Shown here: positions 1-10,614 of the stretch, piece by piece
Layout of the letters: each line of letters begins with the position of its first letter
How positions within the stretch are numbered: position 1 is the stretch's first letter
IMG/VR virus record: IMGVR_UViG_3300022745_000017
Location: 1-64,000 of that record
Strand: one strand, 5' to 3'
DNA length: 64,000 nucleotides
Notes under the pieces: model-generated
The model's database searches: none
What the model saw: only the letters and a program-made list of their open reading frames with translations
Told to the model about the DNA's origin: nothing
Position numbers and translations under genes: made by a program

Positions 1-2015
1 GCATCTGGGAAGTTAACCAGTTTAGATGCCCAGTATGACGCAGTCGTCAGCTTGCTGAGCTCAGCGCGCTTGGTAGCTAGCTGGTACTTCATGATCTGCC
101 AGCGACTATCTACGTCTTTGAGCTGCATTCCACTCAAAACCATCATGTAATCGGTGAAGTTATTCTCAGAGTCAAACACCCCTTTGAACAAACTAAACCC
201 AGGCTGGATCGGCATCGCTGTCATGCTACTCATGTCTCTGACAGCAATACTGATCTCAATGCCCATGGCATGGCCGGTGTTGGTAAAGCCAATGTTGCCT
301 GTACCGCGTGTGACGGTAATGGACTCCATCATGCAAAGACGCTTCATGGTACGACCACGGTCATACATCTCTAGCATGTAAGGCGATGTGTAACTCTGCT
401 TACCTGTAGACAGCGCCATGCCCATCCCCAAGATTGCGCACAAAGGCACGATCTGTTTGAAGAGTTTGTGCACGGGGTTGTTGTATGCCACAGGTAGTTT
501 GATCACATACGTTGACTTAGGGAAGGTAGCTGACGAGTCATCCCAGTAGTCAGGGATGTCTACAAACGCTGAGCCAGCAAACGCAGCGACGCCTTGGATT
601 TGTAAGACATCCGCAGCACCTGTCAAGATGCTTCTTGCCCCATCAATGATTGAGCTGGTAATGCCCATGCTGTCAAAGTTACCGTCAGCTAAGTTTACCC
701 GCAGGTTACGGGCTGACTTGGAAGCTGAGTTAATTGTCCCTTTGAGTGTGTTCTCGGAAAACGAGCTACTGAAAGACTCTGAGACTTGGCCTGTGCTATC
801 AACACGGATAGATACCCACGAAGCACCGTCGGCCTTTTCTGCTGTGAAGAAGTCAACGATACCGCCTTCCGGGTACTGTGGGCCATACTGCTTAGTCTCA
901 TCGACTTTACCTGGGTACTTGTTAACTTGAATAGCCTTCTCACCAGAGCTCTCATTGCCTTTATCTGTACCTGAGAGATCAGTTGTCTCCCACCACTTTA
1001 AGAAATACGCTTCTAGAGATAGGCTCCTGGATTCATTGGCTTGAGGCTTATCAACCCCTAGCTTATCAATCATCACGACATCACGGACAATGCCGTACAT
1101 GTCTTTCTTGCCCTGATTGGACTTGAGATACGCATCCATGAGGTACTCATGACGCATCTGCATCCGCTTGGCTTTATTGAAGATCGCGTAGACATTGACG
1201 ACACCATCCGAGTTGATGATGTCAGGCAAGATGTCATGCATTGCACTGACTTCACCGCCTGAGATCTTGTGCTCTTTACCAATGATGTTGTCGATTTGAT
1301 CGTGGTGGGAGTAGCTGGTAATACCCATGTTCACCGAAATCTGGTTGATCATGTTCGTTACCGCAGCGTAGTACACAGGCATACATGGCTTGAGGTAGTA
1401 GAACTTACTGGCTGGCCAACGCATAAAAAACCGAGCCATTTGACCTAGCATCATGATACCCCAAGGGATGATCATGAGGGGCATAACCAACAGCCCTAGT
1501 GCGTTACCAGCTACCCGCAGTACGGTATTGATAAAGCCTTCGCTCATCCGGCCTGTGCGCGCCATAAGTGCAGCACCCGAGTCATAAAACCCTGTCATGA
1601 ACTGCATCATGGAGTTATAAGAAGGCACACCTACACGGAAGTGCACAATCTGGTTGTTGTCATCGATCGCCTCAGAGTAGTACCGGCCCATCCCAGGTGA
1701 GCCAGCGATATAGTCTCTACGTGTCTCCACTGCACCGAAGCGGGCAATCCCTGGGTCACGGATGTCAGCAAACCGGGTGAATTGACTCGGTGGGTTGACA
1801 CACAAGTTACCACCTACACTACTGTCAGTGTATTTGAACGACGCGGAAGTATACCTGCGATTGCGTACTTCGTTGTCAGATAAACTACCTGGACTGATCG
1901 CGTAAGCTCTGGCGATCCATTCGCTGTTGCGAGGCAGTGCATTAGGCCGCTCACCACTGGGTTCGGTCTTAGCCAAATACACATTGGCTAAGTCGGAGAG
2001 TTTAGATGTTGTCAT
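1..2015 (-). CDS. phiKZ gp182-like virion (tail/baseplate) structural protein, truncated by the window edge
   Basis: Missing from the ORF track, consistent with no stop before the edge (only the N-terminal part was translated by hand). ATG at 2015 reads MTTSKLSDLANVYL...SFKYTDSSVGGNLCVNPPSQFTRFADIR...GMGRYYSEAIDDNNQ, resembling gp182-family proteins. Lies directly downstream of the gp181-like gene. Confidence 0.7.
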   Translation of the reverse strand, partial: MTTSKLSDLANVYLAKTEPSGERPNALPRNSEWIARAYAISPGSLSDNEVRNRRYTSASFKYTDSSVGGNLCVNPPSQFTRFADIRDPGIARFGAVETRRDYIAGSPGMGRYYSEAIDDNNQIVHFRVGVPSYNSMMQFMTGFYDSGAALMARTGRMSEGFINTVLRVAGNALGLLVMPLMIIPWGIMMLGQMARFFMRWPASKFYYLKPCMPVYYAAVTNMINQISVNMGITSYSHHDQIDNIIGKEHKISGGEVSAMHDILPDIINSDGVVNVYAIFNKAKRMQMRHEYLMDAYLKSNQGKKDMYGIVRDVVMIDKLGVDKPQANESRSLSLEAYFLKWWETTDLSGTDKGNESSGEKAIQVNKYPGKVDETKQYGPQYPEGGIVDFFTAEKADGASWVSIRVDSTGQVSESFSSSFSENTLKGTINSASKSARNLRVNLADGNFDSMGITSSIIDGARSILTGAADVLQIQGVAAFAGSAFVDIPDYWDDSSATFPKSTYVIKLPVAYNNPVHKLFKQIVPLCAILGMGMALSTGKQSYTSPYMLEMYDRGRTMKRLCMMESITVTRGTGNIGFTNTGHAMGIEISIAVRDMSSMTAMPIQPGFSLFKGVFDSENNFTDYMMVLSGMQLKDVDSRWQIMKYQLATKRAELSKLTTASYWASKLVNFPD

Positions 2016-2066
2016 GGTACTTGTGGCTAAAAGGTTGGGGTAAAATACACAGTATAAAAATACGCA

Positions 2067-2098
2067 CTAAAGAGGTGGGCCGAAACCCACCTCTTTAG
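2067..2098 (-). terminator. hairpin, 13-bp stem, after the gp181-like gene
   Basis: ctaaagaggtggg-ccgaaa-cccacctctttag; minus-strand loop contains UUCG and a T-rich run follows. Confidence 0.7.
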
Positions 2099-2106
2099 CA
2101 CTTGTT

Positions 2107-5100
2107 TCACGTCGTAAATGAAGACCTCATAGGCACTGGGACATTCCTTGGCTTGATGGTTTTCACATCAGCTGCTGGTGTCTTGCTGTCTATGGGAGTC
2201 GCTGCCTGAGTAGGCGTTTCCTTTTTAGTCGTGATAAACTTCTCTAACCTTGTCAGGGCTTCGAGGATCTTTTGCTGCACACCTAGTTGTGCCGTCAGTG
2301 TATCGTTAGCAGTGCTAAGCGCTTTTTCCGACAAACCTTGGTTAGGAATCACCTTTTGCTCTTTGAGCATTTGACTAGGTTGGAAACCATAAGGTGTGCT
2401 CATTGGTCCTTGCGTAGCAATGGCGTTGGCCTTTTCGATGGCTTGTGACCTCGACATCGGTGGCTGCTCAGCATTAGACACCTCAGGCTTACCTGTGGTC
2501 GCAGACTTATCAGCTGGCGCTGGTTTAGCCGCAGGAGCGTAACTATCACGAGCCTGAAGTTTACCCGTCGTGCCGAAGCGATCGACGTAGCTTTGCCCAG
2601 GCTCTTTTGCCACGTCAGTCTTTTGCTTATCCACCTTAAACCGAGCTGGGCGCTGACCGCCCGATGTTTCCTCTGGTTTGGTCTGTTGAATAGTAGGCGC
2701 ACCATCTGCTGGTGCCGTGGCCACAGGTGTGGCGGTGTCGATGCCAGAGGTAGTCGGCGTAGCCGCAGGCGATGCAGCAGTTGACGCTTTAGTCGGTTTA
2801 CCCAGCGGGGCTGACTTCGCCGGGTTGGCTGTCGCTGGAGCACCAGCCGCCGGCGCTGGACTGGGCGCAGCCCCGCCGATATCTGGTGCATCAGAAGCAA
2901 CAGGTGTGCTGTTGGCCTTCATCAGCTTATCAGAGTAAGCTGCATTGATCGAGCCAAGAGGTGCATTAGGGATCGTGCCGAGGCCACCCCCACCAATACC
3001 AGCTCCCTTCTCGATCACATCGCGCGCCAAACCTTGGTTGCGCTTAAAGCTCTCACGCGCTTCCCCTTGTGTCGCCGCATGCTCCATGTGCCATGGCTCA
3101 CCCCCGATCGGACGTGTAAACCCGTACTTGCGCATCAGCCCTAGCTTTTCAGCCTCGTTGAGCTCATCGCGGTTCAAGTCCATCGCTAGGCCAAACTCAT
3201 GCATCGAGCTACCTGGCTTAGCTGCGCGCTTTGGCCCGTACTTCTCATATAGCTCAGCTTGCTTAGCTATTGAGCGATAGCCAGAGGTGACGATGAACTT
3301 CTTGCCTGTGATCTTATTGTACTCTTCGGCCATGCCGTAGAGCTTTTTAAGGAAGGCAGGATTAACACTGTTGATGTCCACGCCAGGCATGACCTGTAGC
3401 GCGTTATAGCCATTCTCTCCGTCTAACAGAGCCCCAGGTGCTGTCTTGATGCTCGAAGGAGCACTTGGCATGGGCGCGTTGGTTTTTGCCGCACCCTGAT
3501 CTTTAGGGGCTGTTGGGCTAGCGCCTATCGAAGCGGACTTCTTAGGATCACCTTCTGACAGGGGGGTCGCTGCTGGTGTTGTTCCAGAAGGTGATCCGGG
3601 CATCCCAGGCTTGAGGCCTGTGATTTTACTTTGCCCAAAGCCAAAGAAGTCACCGATCTTGTCCATGACAGATTTCGATTTAGTGACATCATCACCGCCT
3701 TGCAGATCCGCCTTCGTTGCTTTCTTGACATCATTACTAGAGGACTTACCTGTCTGTTCAGACAAGTTGTCAGACTTCATCATCGACTCAAGCAAGTCCA
3801 AATTGGCTTTTACACTTGACGAGTCTGTGTTAAGCGAATAACCCGGCCATGGCGAAATAGCGACATTCCAGCAGCTAGAGTCTCCAGAGGTGGTTTTAGC
3901 AATCTGGTAGAGTTGGCGAGCTTTAAGGGTTTTGATCCCTTCTAAAACATCGACTCGCTTAGTCTCACGCTTATACGCTGATGCAAACGTGGTGATGACT
4001 GGCAAGAAGCGCTTAACAAACCAAACTGTCCAATTACTGACAGCGTCTTTGTTGATCAAAGAGACACGGAAATCCCCGCACACTTTGTTCAACACCGCCG
4101 CTGGATCGCCTTCCCAGGCAGCACCAGAGTAGCCAGAGTAGCTGACATCTGCCAGAATCATACGCTCCAGCTTAGACAGTGCCAAGACTTTATCGAAGTC
4201 AAGCTTTGTCAAGCCATAAGAGCGCCAGCGAACAGCGTCAATAGCTTGCACCTGCTGACGCGAAGCGTCTTGCGCATCACCGGTCTCTTTGGTGACTTTA
4301 GCCTTAGCGACTTCTTTTGGTTTATCTGCGCCGGCGTTTTGAGCAATCGCTTGGCTGACGATCGCACCGGGTGTTTCTTTAGGCTTGGCTTTAGTAGGAG
4401 CTACTTTTGCCGCAGGTGCGGCCTTTACCATAGGTGAGGCTTTGCGATACGCCTCCATTGGATCGACTTCTGCTTCGGGGCCAACCGCTTCTTGCGACGC
4501 GTCATCTGGTTTCTCAGCGACAGGTGCCAAAGACATGCTCAAAGGTTTTTGCACCTGTGTGCTAACGCCAGCTTGACGATGTCGGTTAAACTTAGTAATT
4601 GGCTCTGTTCTGGCATTTGCTGGCGATAGGTGGCTGGCTTGGCCTGCTGCTACGTCTTGCTCAGTGAGTTCTTCTTGCTCGACTTGCTTTGGTGGCGCGT
4701 TAGTAAACGTCTTCTTAACCACCGGGGTTGCTAAAGCTAATGTAGGGACAACAGCAGCAGCAGCGGCCGCCGCTTTCACACCTGGGATCTTTTCAGATGC
4801 CTTGAGAGACTTAGGATCTACAACCAGATTAGCTTTTGGCTGATCAATGCTGTAAATGTTGTCTTGGCCAGCGTCCTTGCTGATAGCTGCCATTGCAGCG
4901 GCTGTCTTACCGATCGCCTTTTGCTTACTCTTGCTATTGTCTTTCTTGTCGATGAGCAAGTTATCGATAAACGCTTTAACGTACTTGCCATCAGTTGCAG
5001 CAATCGCTGGGATGATGGGTAGTTTGTTATAGTCGTAAGGGCCGTTGTCAAAGCGAGTCGCAGTGACAAACTTCTTAAACTCCTCACCCTTGAACTCGTC

Positions 5101-8100
5101 GGCTTTCGTGAGGTCATTTGACTTTGTCATGGCGTCGCATGCTACGACGTGTGACAAGAAGATAGGTTTAAAGCGCTTTTGATACCAGCCATAGAAAGTA
5201 GCTTGTTGTTGCTCATCCGTCGGATCTAGTCCAAAAGGCTCCAACATTGATTTAACATCAATTCCTCGCTCATTGATGTAGGCTTCGCCTTCGTTGAGAC
5301 GGACATTTTTCTTGACAACATCTTCGAGCGCAAAGACTTTATGGGCGTGTTTGTCATCTTCGATCGGGAAGCCATACTGCACGTAGCGCATACGTTGCAG
5401 TTTTGTCATGCTGTCTCTGGTCAGGTACTGGTAGGCTTTGTAAGCCCCGTAGCCAGCCAATGCAGCCGCACCAATACTCAAGACAACAGGTGAGGCTAAC
5501 AAGGACAGCAACCCACCACCAATGGTCATGACAGCAGAAGCTGTGCCAGCAATAGCACTACCAACCATGCCAAGGCCACCGCCTAAGACACCCACTCCTA
5601 AGCGCAGCGCACCCCCAAGCAAGTTAAGTCCTAAGCCACCCGTCATGCCAAGAGCTTTGAGACCAAATCCAGCAGTCGCCATGACGCCACGCCCAACCAT
5701 GCCTAAGCCTTTACCAAAGCCACCTCCAAGCTTCAAGCCAGTGGAGAATATGCTAGAGAAGGTACTCAGAGCTCCCGTGACATTGCTGAGCATGCCACTG
5801 ATCCCAGCCAAGAGACCGGTGGTCTCACCGCCTTTACCGTCTTTGCTGTCTTTACCCTTTCCAGCGATACCGGGAGCTTTGGGGTCTTTTGCCTTCTTTT
5901 CTTCATCGGCTTTCTTCTTGGCTTGGTAGTCCTGCCAAGAGTTTGCAACGATACCGTCACCATCGGGGTCACCGAGCTTGTTCTTTTTAGGGCGGAAGCG
6001 CACCATCAAGAACTCGTAAATCTTACCTAAGGTATCGGCGCTGCGTTTGTTGTTGATCTCGATAGAGAGTTCACCAAACAAGCCTTTGATACCTTTGCTC
6101 AACTTACCAGCCACACTGCGCGTAACACCCCAACTCCACTTGGCAATGTCCACACCTTTACCAACGACAGCCGAGATGATGTCCTTAAGCTTACCAGACA
6201 AAGCTTTGATGGGCTTGCCATGGGCGTCAACGATACCTTTCTTGAGGTCATCAATCGTAAGTGCAACAACAGGTTTATCACCTGTGACATCCATCACAGC
6301 CCCATCGATTTCACCTGGGCGCGTAATCTTCTTATCATGGTCTTTGGCACTGACGTAGCCTCCAATCTCCATGATCTTGGCGTAAAGTGCAGGAGTGGGA
6401 GACCCTACCACGTACACATCGATCGGGCGATCAAGCGCTTCAACGAGACCTTGTTTGACAACACCAGCAGCCGAGGTCAGTGTTTTAAAGGCTGTCGCTA
6501 CCAAGCCTGTCTCAGCTTTCCAGATCTTGGGATACCACTTAACCATGGCATCCTTCATCATGTTAAGTCCGGGCTTAACTAAGCTGACACCACTGCGGTA
6601 CGCTCGCACTACGCGTGTTTTAATGTCCATCACGTAGAGCTTAGTCAACTCTTCAGCACTGATGACACATTGACCAGCGGGATCGGCCACCGGGCGGTTG
6701 ATGTTCATGGAGTTTACCAGCTTTTCGCCGTTGTCCATGAAGTGATACAGTCCAGCTTTGATCCCTGTCGCTGTCAGTCTGGGTTTGTTATCACCCTCGA
6801 CATACACATCGAAAGTATCATCTGTGGCAATGTTTTTGAGAACATTACCAATGCCTCGCACGAGCTTGAAAGACTTCATGCCTCCCCATGAAAATAGCTT
6901 TGCGCCACCGTGCGCGCCTGAACCAATCAACTGGGCGACCTTGTAGGCAATGAAGCTAGCTACGCCTGGCAAAGACGCATCGAACTGCTGGTCAGCTGGG
7001 AGTCCGGCATTTGTCTTTGCGAGCTTGCTGTCAACCAAGTCTTTCGTCTTGGTTTTAGCAGCGCTCATCAAGGCAGTGACAATCTCTTTTCGCTCTTTGA
7101 AACTGCCTTTGGTAGGGTCAACAAAGTCAACGATATCAGGATAGTGCTCAAGCAGGTAAGCGCGAGTGGTTTCCCACTGCTCTTTGCCTTTCTCTAGCAC
7201 CTCGCCACCTTTTTTCTTAGCAGACTTTGCCAGATCAGCAGCTTTGTCGAGGTGTTGCTTGGCCTTACCAAAGAGTTCTGGGTGGTTCTTCTCCAGATAG
7301 TCGAGCATCTCCTTTTGCTTTTTAGCCGCCAGCTCTTTTGCATCACCAGTGATTTCGGTGATCTTATCGCCAGCGGCTTTGGCTTTGTCTAGCAACTCCG
7401 GGTGATTCTTCTCGAAATAGTCAAGCGCTTGTTTTGTCTTGGCTTTACCAAAACCCTTCGCACCTTCCAGCTTCTCCTTGGCAAATGCTTTCACACCTAC
7501 CTTTTGCATCACCAGCAACTCTTCACGCATTTGTTGCACAGAGTCTGCGACGAGTGCTGCGGGACGGGTTGCTTTGATCTTTTGGTACAGCTCTTTAACC
7601 TTGCTGGGGTCGAGATCTTTGATCTGGAGTGTCTTTAGCTTTTTGAGCAGGGGCACTGCTCCCAAGAAGTCTGTGTTAGAGCGTGTGACTTTCATCACCA
7701 GACCAGACTTCATGACCTCGAACATGTCTGTTACATTCCAAGCAATGCTCAAGACACCCTCTTTGATCTGCTCAAGCATCTCGCTGAGTGGTCCACGAGG
7801 AGGCTTACCTCCACCACCCCCTCCGCCAAATTCAGGGGTTGTGATAGATTCCGTAAAGCTACTATCGTTACCAGCCTGAGTAGAGCGGGCTAGCTGTGCA
7901 ATCTTTGGTGAGAAAGCGTCCAGACTAGCTTTTTGAATGTCTTTAGGCTGGGCTGTTTTGATAGCATCCCGAATACCGAGCTTCACAGCTCCATCATGGA
8001 TTGCTGAGCGCACCATCGAGAAAGCTCGCTCTGTCAGCCCTTGCGCAGGTTGTGGGTTACTAGCAGATCCCTTGGTGAAGGAAAAGCCACCACTACCCTT

Positions 8101-10614
8101 ACCAGCACTCATCATGATCCCGGTGCCATTGGAGTCTTGTGCAGTGAATTGGTCACTCTGCCCAATAGCATCTACAGGCGGTGCCCACCAGCCCGCGTTG
8201 GCGACGTTCTTGATACGCTCAGGCATGACAGCCATGGCATCGTCATTGCTGGAGCGTCCACGCATGAAAGTCGTAAGATCACTCTTAGGCAGTGACAAGT
8301 CACGCCAGCTCGCAGTCACAGAGGCACCTGACGACTTACCCCTTTTGCGCTTAGCCTTGCCTGTCGAGCTCGTCGACTGTCCATCTGTGTTCGTTCCATC
8401 TGTCGTTGGTGGTGGCGCGGGTGGCTCTGGAGGCTGAGTCGGTTTGAAGAGCCCTCGCAAATCGTCAAAGCCCTCAGCATGCAGCCTGACGAAGATAGGC
8501 TTTAAGACACTAGCGGCTTGGAAGTCTTGAATGAACTGATCGGAGTTAAAACCAGTTTTAGGGATTTCAGCGCGCTCCCTCCAAGCTTTCAAGGGGTCCA
8601 CCCGGTTGGAGAGCACTTGTGCATTGTTAGTGCTCGTCATAGGCCTTTGCGACTCATCGTAGAATCCACGCAAGTAGTCGCTCAGTGCAAAGCTAGACGT
8701 ATCGCTGTTCTTGTCTTGCCTAATGAGGCCAATGCGCTGGAGGCGGTCAGTTTGTCCGGCATGCACTTGTGACTGGATACGCTCACGCGGATCACCGACA
8801 TTGTTGCGCAGGGAGTTGTGCAACTTGTCAAACTCTAACTTCTTAGAGGGCTCCAGTCCGGGGGCATAAAACTGATCGAGCAGCTCAGTGATCGCTTGCT
8901 TATCTGACGATGAGGCTGTGCTGACGGCTTCAGTCTTCAGGAAGTTATCCCTGGTAGCGGATGTACCAGCCACAGAGTTTTGGAACAATGCTGCGCGCAA
9001 AGCTTTATTTTGCTCAGGCGTTAGTTTCTTGTCCTTGTCGAGCTTGTCCATCAGCCGGTCTAGATCGGAGTGCGTACTGTACTGACCGATGCGATCAGTG
9101 AAACGCTCTTTGAACTTATCGTCAATGCTGCTCTGGGTATCAAACACACCTTTATCGTGATCAAACTCAGTGAGCTCAATGTCTTTCATACCCGTCAGCA
9201 GCATTTGCTGAACTTGCAATTGCCTAGATAGCAATCCGGGGATGATCTCATTGATTGTTCGATCTGTGCGACGCGTGTAGATGAAAGCGTTGTCGAGCTC
9301 TTTGCCGTTGATGATCTCCATGCCTGTGCTGACGGAGTTGTTAGGCAGCACACTTTGGATCGAGCGCACAATGGCAGGAATAAGGCCCGTCTTATAGTTG
9401 TACTCATCTGACCTGCGGAAGTCTTCGGCTTTACGGGTCTTATTCTCCATCATATCCAGCAACCAGTCATTGGCTTTACCAATGGTCTTATTGCCATCCA
9501 CGACGTTTTTCTTGACCCATGAGCCAGCCCTGTTCATCATCTTCTCACCGACAAACCCACCTGCGATGCTGCCTCCGAGTTCTGTCGGATCAACCATGCC
9601 GCCTTCACCAGCGACCGATTGCAGCATGTCCGCACCACTCTCAGCGCCAGCCAAACCCATGCGGAAATCACTGGCCATGGAGCTGACTTTACCCGTGATC
9701 TTGTTGCGCACATTGGTAAAGAGGTCTTTGATGTATTTGGAGTTATCACCAAACAAACCAGATTGCACGGAGCCAAAGAACTTATTGCGACCAAGCTCCA
9801 TGAAGGCTTCAGACTTCTGAATCTTCTTGAACTCAGGCAGTCCTGTGTTCTTGATAACGTCTTGAAAGCCTTTGTCTGCGAGCTCTCGGTGGGCTTTGCT
9901 CTCTGTCAAGATGTCTTGCAGTGCGAACAGGGATCGAAACTGGAGCTCCAGTGATTTCTTCTGGAATGCCAAGGTGATCGTTGTCTCGTACTTAGACAAC
10001 CGTGAGACATCTTTAGAGATGTTGTTAATCACACCAAACGACGTTGCAAACCGAAACTGGTCTGTGCCTTCTTTCAAGGCGTCTTTGGCTTTATCCTCGA
10101 CTCGGTTTTTGGTGTCTTGCTCTACAGAGAACTTAAACGCTTCTGCCATTTGCCCAGTGAGGAAATCCTCACGTTGGCGCTCAGCAGAGAGATCTGGCCG
10201 AATGGAGTCTACTTCGTCTTGCTTCCACTCTTTGAGCTTATCGCGTACACTCTGTGGTATAAACGAGGCGTCTTGAGGGATCAGCTTAGTGACCAGGCGT
10301 TTAGTGTCTTTGATGACAGGTTTGACTGTCTTGGCGACTTCGTCGTAGGTCTTACTGACATTTTGTGTCACGTCGCTGGCAAAGTCTGCCGTTTGACCAA
10401 ACCCGGCTGGCAACACCCCGCGTGTTACACGAGAGATGGTATGGATGTCTTGTGCGCTATCCTTCAAGCCATCGAGAAACCCGGTGCTAAACTTGGTGAT
10501 CGGCTTGCGGTCATCTTTGCCATCAGGTGCGTCAAAGTCAAAGCCAGCAAAGTCTAAATCGGCATCGATGTCAAACCCACTGTCTACCTTTTCGTCGATC
10601 TTCTTGGAAGCCAT
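2107..10614 (-). CDS. giant tail/tape-measure-like virion protein (phiKZ gp181-like) with C-terminal M15 (VanY-like) zinc peptidase domain
   Basis: 2835 aa, GGAG RBS at about 10621-10624, divergent from the vRNAP beta' gene. Contains two DVYVxGxxxPxLxA repeats, a long Gly-rich hydrophobic segment, and the M15 motifs TSGYRS, SMHEFGLAMD and EPWH. Confidence 0.85.
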   Translation of the reverse strand: MASKKIDEKVDSGFDIDADLDFAGFDFDAPDGKDDRKPITKFSTGFLDGLKDSAQDIHTISRVTRGVLPAGFGQTADFASDVTQNVSKTYDEVAKTVKPVIKDTKRLVTKLIPQDASFIPQSVRDKLKEWKQDEVDSIRPDLSAERQREDFLTGQMAEAFKFSVEQDTKNRVEDKAKDALKEGTDQFRFATSFGVINNISKDVSRLSKYETTITLAFQKKSLELQFRSLFALQDILTESKAHRELADKGFQDVIKNTGLPEFKKIQKSEAFMELGRNKFFGSVQSGLFGDNSKYIKDLFTNVRNKITGKVSSMASDFRMGLAGAESGADMLQSVAGEGGMVDPTELGGSIAGGFVGEKMMNRAGSWVKKNVVDGNKTIGKANDWLLDMMENKTRKAEDFRRSDEYNYKTGLIPAIVRSIQSVLPNNSVSTGMEIINGKELDNAFIYTRRTDRTINEIIPGLLSRQLQVQQMLLTGMKDIELTEFDHDKGVFDTQSSIDDKFKERFTDRIGQYSTHSDLDRLMDKLDKDKKLTPEQNKALRAALFQNSVAGTSATRDNFLKTEAVSTASSSDKQAITELLDQFYAPGLEPSKKLEFDKLHNSLRNNVGDPRERIQSQVHAGQTDRLQRIGLIRQDKNSDTSSFALSDYLRGFYDESQRPMTSTNNAQVLSNRVDPLKAWRERAEIPKTGFNSDQFIQDFQAASVLKPIFVRLHAEGFDDLRGLFKPTQPPEPPAPPPTTDGTNTDGQSTSSTGKAKRKRGKSSGASVTASWRDLSLPKSDLTTFMRGRSSNDDAMAVMPERIKNVANAGWWAPPVDAIGQSDQFTAQDSNGTGIMMSAGKGSGGFSFTKGSASNPQPAQGLTERAFSMVRSAIHDGAVKLGIRDAIKTAQPKDIQKASLDAFSPKIAQLARSTQAGNDSSFTESITTPEFGGGGGGGKPPRGPLSEMLEQIKEGVLSIAWNVTDMFEVMKSGLVMKVTRSNTDFLGAVPLLKKLKTLQIKDLDPSKVKELYQKIKATRPAALVADSVQQMREELLVMQKVGVKAFAKEKLEGAKGFGKAKTKQALDYFEKNHPELLDKAKAAGDKITEITGDAKELAAKKQKEMLDYLEKNHPELFGKAKQHLDKAADLAKSAKKKGGEVLEKGKEQWETTRAYLLEHYPDIVDFVDPTKGSFKERKEIVTALMSAAKTKTKDLVDSKLAKTNAGLPADQQFDASLPGVASFIAYKVAQLIGSGAHGGAKLFSWGGMKSFKLVRGIGNVLKNIATDDTFDVYVEGDNKPRLTATGIKAGLYHFMDNGEKLVNSMNINRPVADPAGQCVISAEELTKLYVMDIKTRVVRAYRSGVSLVKPGLNMMKDAMVKWYPKIWKAETGLVATAFKTLTSAAGVVKQGLVEALDRPIDVYVVGSPTPALYAKIMEIGGYVSAKDHDKKITRPGEIDGAVMDVTGDKPVVALTIDDLKKGIVDAHGKPIKALSGKLKDIISAVVGKGVDIAKWSWGVTRSVAGKLSKGIKGLFGELSIEINNKRSADTLGKIYEFLMVRFRPKKNKLGDPDGDGIVANSWQDYQAKKKADEEKKAKDPKAPGIAGKGKDSKDGKGGETTGLLAGISGMLSNVTGALSTFSSIFSTGLKLGGGFGKGLGMVGRGVMATAGFGLKALGMTGGLGLNLLGGALRLGVGVLGGGLGMVGSAIAGTASAVMTIGGGLLSLLASPVVLSIGAAALAGYGAYKAYQYLTRDSMTKLQRMRYVQYGFPIEDDKHAHKVFALEDVVKKNVRLNEGEAYINERGIDVKSMLEPFGLDPTDEQQQATFYGWYQKRFKPIFLSHVVACDAMTKSNDLTKADEFKGEEFKKFVTATRFDNGPYDYNKLPIIPAIAATDGKYVKAFIDNLLIDKKDNSKSKQKAIGKTAAAMAAISKDAGQDNIYSIDQPKANLVVDPKSLKASEKIPGVKAAAAAAAVVPTLALATPVVKKTFTNAPPKQVEQEELTEQDVAAGQASHLSPANARTEPITKFNRHRQAGVSTQVQKPLSMSLAPVAEKPDDASQEAVGPEAEVDPMEAYRKASPMVKAAPAAKVAPTKAKPKETPGAIVSQAIAQNAGADKPKEVAKAKVTKETGDAQDASRQQVQAIDAVRWRSYGLTKLDFDKVLALSKLERMILADVSYSGYSGAAWEGDPAAVLNKVCGDFRVSLINKDAVSNWTVWFVKRFLPVITTFASAYKRETKRVDVLEGIKTLKARQLYQIAKTTSGDSSCWNVAISPWPGYSLNTDSSSVKANLDLLESMMKSDNLSEQTGKSSSNDVKKATKADLQGGDDVTKSKSVMDKIGDFFGFGQSKITGLKPGMPGSPSGTTPAATPLSEGDPKKSASIGASPTAPKDQGAAKTNAPMPSAPSSIKTAPGALLDGENGYNALQVMPGVDINSVNPAFLKKLYGMAEEYNKITGKKFIVTSGYRSIAKQAELYEKYGPKRAAKPGSSMHEFGLAMDLNRDELNEAEKLGLMRKYGFTRPIGGEPWHMEHAATQGEARESFKRNQGLARDVIEKGAGIGGGGLGTIPNAPLGSINAAYSDKLMKANSTPVASDAPDIGGAAPSPAPAAGAPATANPAKSAPLGKPTKASTAASPAATPTTSGIDTATPVATAPADGAPTIQQTKPEETSGGQRPARFKVDKQKTDVAKEPGQSYVDRFGTTGKLQARDSYAPAAKPAPADKSATTGKPEVSNAEQPPMSRSQAIEKANAIATQGPMSTPYGFQPSQMLKEQKVIPNQGLSEKALSTANDTLTAQLGVQQKILEALTRLEKFITTKKETPTQAATPIDSKTPAADVKTIKPRNVPVPMRSSFTT

